Origin: a virus
Lineage: Duplodnaviria; Heunggongvirae; Uroviricota; Caudoviricetes
DNA: 64,000 bases
Strand: one strand, 5' to 3'
Virus record (IMG/VR): IMGVR_UViG_3300012346_000380
Location: 128,001-192,000 of that record
Position numbers and translations under genes: made by a program. The first letter of the stretch is position 1. Every line of letters begins with the position of its first letter. The notes under the pieces were generated by a model. The model did no database searches. It was not told the origin of the DNA and was given only the letters and a program-made list of their open reading frames with translations. Of this stretch, positions 59,418 through 64,000 are shown piece by piece.

Positions 59418-59753
59418 TTATTTATCTTGTCCTTCGGTAGAGTGACCGTAGTGTGCTAAGTATTCAGCTGGCGACATGCCATGTAAAGCAGCTTGTGCTA
59501 ATAAAATATCTGGATATGTTCCATTTAGGCGTCGTACACCTGTTGCAGTTTGTGACCAAGTTCCGTATTGTAAAACAGGATCTTGTTGTGTAAGTGGTAT
59601 AATGCTTCCTTCAGACTCAGCGCCTGTGCTTGTAGTTGGTACTTTACCAGCTCCTTGTATAGTTCCTACAACAATATTTGCCATTGAAGATGGATTGAAA
59701 GGAGTTTGATACTCAGCGATAAAGTCTTCTAAGTTTTTAACGTGTGTTTTCAT
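59418..59753 (-). CDS. Putative internal head protein
   Basis: MKTHVKNLEDFIAE; late motif at 59758. Confidence 0.55.
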   Translation of the reverse strand: MKTHVKNLEDFIAEYQTPFNPSSMANIVVGTIQGAGKVPTTSTGAESEGSIIPLTQQDPVLQYGTWSQTATGVRRLNGTYPDILLAQAALHGMSPAEYLAHYGHSTEGQDK

Positions 59754-59768
59754 GTTCTATATATCTGA

Positions 59769-60323
59769 TTAAAGTCCTTTAAATTCTGGAAAACTCTTAG
59801 TACTTTGGTTGTCTCTTTCAGTATAAATCTTATAAGCTTTCTTTTTATCAGAAGCACTTAATTTATCATATAAAGCTACAATGTTTTTCTCACTAGCAAC
59901 ACCTGATTTCCAAACGTCATGTGAATCAGAATAATTGTAATAAGTATCGTGTGATTTCCAAGCCAATTCCCATTGTTCTAATGGACTCAAAGACTTTTTA
60001 ATTAACTCAGTTCTAATCTCTTGTTGAGATTTCTTTTTCTTGTTCAAATACAATTCCCAACTGCCTCTCATTGAACCTATTTTAAAAGCATGTAAAATAT
60101 CTCCAGTTGATAATTTAATTTCAAACTTAATACCTTTGGCATCATCAGATTGGTCTGCAATGGACCTAATCCATTTATCATCAAATGTCGGTGTAGCGTG
60201 TTTAACTGTAAGTTTTACATCAGCCACAAGATCTTCGGGTGAACCCCAATTACCTTTCTTTGGATTTTGATAATCACTATATGTTTGATATGCTTCAAAC
60301 GTCATTACTATTTTATTGCTCAT
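59769..60323 (-). CDS. Hypothetical protein
   Basis: 184 aa; HD.YYNYSD motif. Confidence 0.6.
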   Translation of the reverse strand: MSNKIVMTFEAYQTYSDYQNPKKGNWGSPEDLVADVKLTVKHATPTFDDKWIRSIADQSDDAKGIKFEIKLSTGDILHAFKIGSMRGSWELYLNKKKKSQQEIRTELIKKSLSPLEQWELAWKSHDTYYNYSDSHDVWKSGVASEKNIVALYDKLSASDKKKAYKIYTERDNQSTKSFPEFKGL

Positions 60324-60345
60324 AATTGTTTATTTTAATTACAGT

Positions 60346-60387
60346 ACAAATATACTAAAAAAAGCCCAAACTAAAAAATTTGGGCTT
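60346..60387 (-). promoter_or_regulatory. Repeated stem-loop plus early promoter element, copy 4 of 4
   Basis: AAGCCCAAA-TTTTTTAG-TTTGGGCTT, T-tract, GTATATTTG. Confidence 0.75.
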
Positions 60388-60395
60388 AATTATTT

Positions 60396-60941
60396 TTATC
60401 CTAAATATAATTCTTCAAAGTGTAAAAGATCTAATCTCTTATCGATGTCAATTAATTGTAAAGCATTTAATAAATCTGAGTATTCCGCTACAGATTCAGT
60501 TTGAATACCTCTAAATTCTTGTAAGAAATCAAATGTGGCTAAGTCACTTGTAAATAAAACTTGAGAATCAGCTATGTATTTTTTATATAAATCATACTCT
60601 AGATTATATGATCTTTCGATGATTTCTGGTAAATTACCAAAATCTGTATGCGTTTCTACTTTAGGTACAACTGGTAAAACATTCCAGTCCACTAAATATT
60701 TTTGTAATTTTAAAGCGTGTTCTAATTCATTAGCAGATTCTTTTGTAAAGAATACAGCAGCTTTCTTGTAACCTGCACCTAAACACCAATTTGCAGCGGC
60801 ATTGTAGAAATAATGTGCGGTGTATTCGTCACCTAATCTTTCTGTTAGTAATTTAACTGAATCTCCGGATAAAACAACAGGTTGTCTCAAGCCGTTGTTT
60901 ACGTTTGGCGCAACAGCATTTTCATTAATTGATTTAATCAT
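60396..60941 (-). CDS. Ferritin-like protein
   Basis: DE..A..FY, E..NE.EH, E and Q..S..E ferroxidase-like pattern. Confidence 0.85.
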   Translation of the reverse strand: MIKSINENAVAPNVNNGLRQPVVLSGDSVKLLTERLGDEYTAHYFYNAAANWCLGAGYKKAAVFFTKESANELEHALKLQKYLVDWNVLPVVPKVETHTDFGNLPEIIERSYNLEYDLYKKYIADSQVLFTSDLATFDFLQEFRGIQTESVAEYSDLLNALQLIDIDKRLDLLHFEELYLG

Positions 60942-60945
60942 GTCT

Positions 60946-61698
60946 TTATTTTAAATTTTTAATAACTGCATCGTCTGCTTTAATTTCACCCATTGGTATT
61001 TGTAAATTTTTAACCAACATTTGTACGAAATCAACAGCTGCATCTTTTTCTTTAAATGAGAATACATCAGTCGACGGTCTTTTACCGTATTTGATAAACA
61101 TGTCATTGAAAAGTGCAATAGCATCTTTAGCATGTCTAAGGCTTACTGTAACCTCAAAAGCTTCATTAACTAATGATTCTTTAACACCTACTTCTTTTAA
61201 AGATTTAACTTGTTTACCTTTCTGCTCACCACTATCCGCAGCAAACCATAATAAACCGTCTTTGATTAATCTTTTGTAAAGTTCAGCTTTAACAATTTCA
61301 AAATTGATAGTGTCAGATGAATTCTCCCAAGTTTCTTCTACATAGTCTGGATCAATCCAACCAAATCCTGATTTAATGTTTTTAACCATTGTTTTGTAAT
61401 CAGTTTCAAATTGTTTTACGGCAGCTTCAGTAACAACAGCTTCATATACAGTACCTTGCACCTCTTCAGCCTTATTAAATTTCTTAGCAGATTTTTTAAT
61501 CTCATTTAATTTTTTAATAATACTATCAAGTACACCAGGATCTACGTCATTACCTGCCTTTGCGCTATCATAAAAATTCATTAGATTTTTAGATACTAGA
61601 TATAAATCATTTCCAATCACATCAGATGGTAATCTGTAAAATGATTCTTGTATAGATTCTTCACCATTGAATTCTTCGAATAGTTTAATTTTCTTCAT
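60946..61698 (-). CDS. Putative internal head (poly)protein
   Basis: MKKIKLFEEF; internal IQES, VYEAVVTEA and VKESLVNEA. Confidence 0.55.
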   Translation of the reverse strand: MKKIKLFEEFNGEESIQESFYRLPSDVIGNDLYLVSKNLMNFYDSAKAGNDVDPGVLDSIIKKLNEIKKSAKKFNKAEEVQGTVYEAVVTEAAVKQFETDYKTMVKNIKSGFGWIDPDYVEETWENSSDTINFEIVKAELYKRLIKDGLLWFAADSGEQKGKQVKSLKEVGVKESLVNEAFEVTVSLRHAKDAIALFNDMFIKYGKRPSTDVFSFKEKDAAVDFVQMLVKNLQIPMGEIKADDAVIKNLK

Positions 61699-61749
61699 GT
61701 TTTAGTAAATCTTTTTCTTTTATTTAAATAAATATAAACTATATATCTC

Positions 61750-62319
61750 TTATTTGAATTGTTCTTTTAATTTGTACTTTTCGATAGTTGCTTTTAAAAC
61801 TCGAATATAATTAGGATCTTCTGCATAACTTGCTGACAAATATTCAAAATATTCTTGTTCAGATTTAATAGAACCTAAGTATCTTGATTGATAAAATGCA
61901 TAATCATACACAGATTCTTTCCACGATTCATAATATGCATGGTTATTTTGAGTTCCATCTGCTGTCGTAACTCTTTGCTTAGCTTCTTTCATACCAAACA
62001 AATTATTATTCTCAACAAAGATGTTAGATTTCCAGTGACCTGTCTCAACAATCGATTGAGCCATTGGAATCCAAGCAAATTTAATGTTCAAACCTTTCAT
62101 CATAGCCACTAATTTTTGGCTATTAAAGCTATCTGATTTTTTAATCAAGACTACTTTTTCATATTCTGTCAAACCATTAACAGCCTTATCGATACCTAAT
62201 CTGTAACTGTAAAATGAGGTTAAACTTATGGCTAAAACACCTAGCGATGCTGCTTTAATATATGATTTTAATTTTAAAGACTTGAAAACTAATTGATTTT
62301 TATCGTACTTATATAACAT
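61750..62319 (-). CDS. GH73 glucosaminidase (peptidoglycan hydrolase) with N-terminal hydrophobic segment
   Basis: AQSIVETG, NNLFGMK, YAEDPNY. Confidence 0.85.
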   Translation of the reverse strand: MLYKYDKNQLVFKSLKLKSYIKAASLGVLAISLTSFYSYRLGIDKAVNGLTEYEKVVLIKKSDSFNSQKLVAMMKGLNIKFAWIPMAQSIVETGHWKSNIFVENNNLFGMKEAKQRVTTADGTQNNHAYYESWKESVYDYAFYQSRYLGSIKSEQEYFEYLSASYAEDPNYIRVLKATIEKYKLKEQFK

Positions 62320-62339
62320 AATTTAAGATTTCGTTAAAC

Positions 62340-62510
62340 TTATTTTATCATTTGCTGTGCAAATCTGGCTTCTTGTAGCCTTTTGATAAATTCTTTTTTC
62401 TCAGGCGTATCTTCAGTCCATAGAGAAGATACTTTGAATTTTTTAGCCCACTTATTAAACTCTTTGGATTCTTGTGGTTGCTTTGCTTTTTTAATTAGAG
62501 TCTTTTCCAT
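62340..62510 (-). CDS. Hypothetical protein
   Basis: Start moved to MEKTLIKK. Confidence 0.5.
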   Translation of the reverse strand: MEKTLIKKAKQPQESKEFNKWAKKFKVSSLWTEDTPEKKEFIKRLQEARFAQQMIK

Positions 62511-62655
62511 TTTCTTCTGATTTAGATTCAATTACTAAATATTTAATACCACTTTCGGTTTGTTTAATGGTTCCGATTTTAAATAGTGCTTCTACTATTC
62601 CTGGTCCATTTGTCATTCCTTGTTGTTGAGCCATTAAAAGTAATGTTTGCTCCAT
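62491..62655 (-). CDS. Hypothetical protein (54 aa, below the ORF-track cutoff)
   Basis: MEQTLLLMAQQQGMTNGPG...; fills the gap between co-oriented genes. Confidence 0.5.
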   Translation of the reverse strand: MEQTLLLMAQQQGMTNGPGIVEALFKIGTIKQTESGIKYLVIESKSEENGKDSN

Positions 62656-62671
62656 ATAAATTTCTTTCATA

Positions 62672-63019
62672 TTAACAGTATTCTAAAGATTCTTCACCAA
62701 TCATATTCCACAATTCTAAATCATAACGACTATTTTTCTTACAAGCTGCGCTACAAGCTCTTTTAAGTACTTCGTAAGTTTCGCTTTTAATTTCAGTAAA
62801 ACCAAAACCAGCAACCATAAAATATCTGCGATCATAGTTAATTACATCACCAACAGAAACTGAAGGTGCATTCTGTGGTTGAAACATATTCTGACCGTAG
62901 TGAAATACTAAGTCTAATACACTAAACACATCGCCTGTAATTTCTGAAGTAGGAACTTCTACGTTACGATATTGGCCATCGTTAAATCTGAATTGTTGAA
63001 CTTGGATGATTGTATTCAT
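62672..63019 (-). CDS. YodL-like domain protein
   Basis: SVSVGDVI...YFMVAGFGF; early-type promoter upstream. Confidence 0.55.
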   Translation of the reverse strand: MNTIIQVQQFRFNDGQYRNVEVPTSEITGDVFSVLDLVFHYGQNMFQPQNAPSVSVGDVINYDRRYFMVAGFGFTEIKSETYEVLKRACSAACKKNSRYDLELWNMIGEESLEYC

Positions 63020-63125
63020 TTTGTTTATCTTTTAATTACATAGTAAATATACCACTAATTATTCAAATAAAAAAATTATTTAGCGTTTATTTTTCAATTA
63101 TTTTTCAATTGATTGATAACCAATA

Positions 63126-64000
63126 CTAAACTGCCTTAATTCGACTCTTAATATCTTTAGGAATACATCCAGGTTTGCTAATTAAGCTTCTAAAACAAGC
63201 ATCTAGCACATAAGTTACAGCCCAATCTTCTTTACTTCTCACAGAACGACCAACACCTTGTAAAAAACTTACACTAGTTTTCCAATCATACCAATCTGGC
63301 ATGTATTGCATCTTAGCTTTGATATGAGGACTATTCAAAGATGGATATGGTACCTTAAAGAAGACTTGGAACCTACTTGTATCATCTTTTAAGTCTAACC
63401 CTTCTAAGATAGATGGCCCAATAAGTATTCCATCGGTTGATTTTTTAAACGTCTCTAATGCGCTTGCTTTTGATTTGGAGTCATCATAAGCTATTAATCT
63501 TGAACTAATTGCGCTGTTTTCTAATATTTTTTGCGTGAATTCATAAGAACCTGAGTGGATAACGCCTCTTTGTCCAATATGTTTAGAAGCTATTTTGTCC
63601 ATGATGGCTAAAACCTTGTCAAAGTTTTGATCCTTTTCTTTCATAGACATTTTATGACGGTTAACAAAAACAATTGGTGACTTTTCATAACTAAAATCAT
63701 TAGTCAATCTAATAAACCTTGCGTTTTCAATGCCCATAATTCTCATATAAGAAGCCGGATCACCAATAGTAGCACTCATAAAGACTTTAAATTCTGCCTT
63801 TGCATGTAAGTGCTTTCTAATCATCCATTGTTCTTCAATACATGTAAATTTAGCCTCTTCTCTGTTTTGATCTATAACCATTTTATCTAGACCAACTTCA
63901 GCTATAATGTCTATGTAATCATCAAATTTGCAGTAAACATCTTTGATTCTATCAAGAGCCGTCATTGCATTTTGCCAATCTTTAGGCACTGCATTACTAT
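63126..64000 (-). CDS. DinG/XPD-like helicase, C-terminal part (5'-truncated by window edge)
   Basis: MSATI, EGLDL, KVPYP, QGVGRSVRS..D. Confidence 0.88.
   Translation of the reverse strand, partial: SNAVPKDWQNAMTALDRIKDVYCKFDDYIDIIAEVGLDKMVIDQNREEAKFTCIEEQWMIRKHLHAKAEFKVFMSATIGDPASYMRIMGIENARFIRLTNDFSYEKSPIVFVNRHKMSMKEKDQNFDKVLAIMDKIASKHIGQRGVIHSGSYEFTQKILENSAISSRLIAYDDSKSKASALETFKKSTDGILIGPSILEGLDLKDDTSRFQVFFKVPYPSLNSPHIKAKMQYMPDWYDWKTSVSFLQGVGRSVRSKEDWAVTYVLDACFRSLISKPGCIPKDIKSRIKAV

Noticed and set aside
1-64000. tRNA, rRNA, integrase, transposase, intron/intein, reverse transcriptase/DGR
   Set aside because: No recognisable motifs found by eye; tRNAscan-SE and Infernal runs would be needed to exclude RNA genes formally
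1-64000. Bacterial chromosome or eukaryotic giant virus origin
   Set aside because: Housekeeping-like genes are isolated among T4-like baseplate and fibre genes, with phage late motifs and bacterial promoters and terminators

Overview
This is a 64 kb, AT-rich, gene-dense segment of a large T4-like myovirus ('huge phage'), almost certainly infecting Bacteroidetes (Flavobacteria-like). Evidence for the host: Bacteroidetes-type bS21 and ClpP, TTTG-N19-TAnnTTT[A/G] promoters, and A-rich leaders without Shine-Dalgarno (SD) sequences. Nearly all genes are on the minus strand. They include baseplate/tail genes (1-5 kb), nucleotide and repair enzymes (dCMP deaminase, UvsE, RNase HII, PhoH), bS21 and chaperones (DnaJ, Hsp20, a second J-protein). 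Four long fibre proteins (three Gly-X-Y, one coiled-coil) are interleaved with glycosyltransferases, a DUF2827 protein and a 2OG-Fe(II) oxygenase. Further genes are ClpP and an N-domain-less ClpC with three small UVR-motif proteins, a T4 gp42-like dCMP hydroxymethylase, ferritin, a GH73 hydrolase and a DinG-like helicase. A plus-strand early island (42.4-48.4 kb) is built from promoter-headed cassettes, contains an exact 1045 bp tandem duplication, and is flanked by GC-rich non-coding zones, the left one dense in palindromes. Best leads: (i) a phage ClpCP protease with its own UVR-motif adaptor family; (ii) cytosine modification by a thymidylate-synthase-fold enzyme carrying the dCMP-specific Asp; (iii) a family of proteins, including an ATP-grasp ligase, with a T4-like capsid-targeting N-terminus; (iv) a fibre glycosylation module; (v) promoter-repeat-mediated cassette amplification beside a candidate origin or genome end. 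All calls come from motif recognition by eye; no searches were run.
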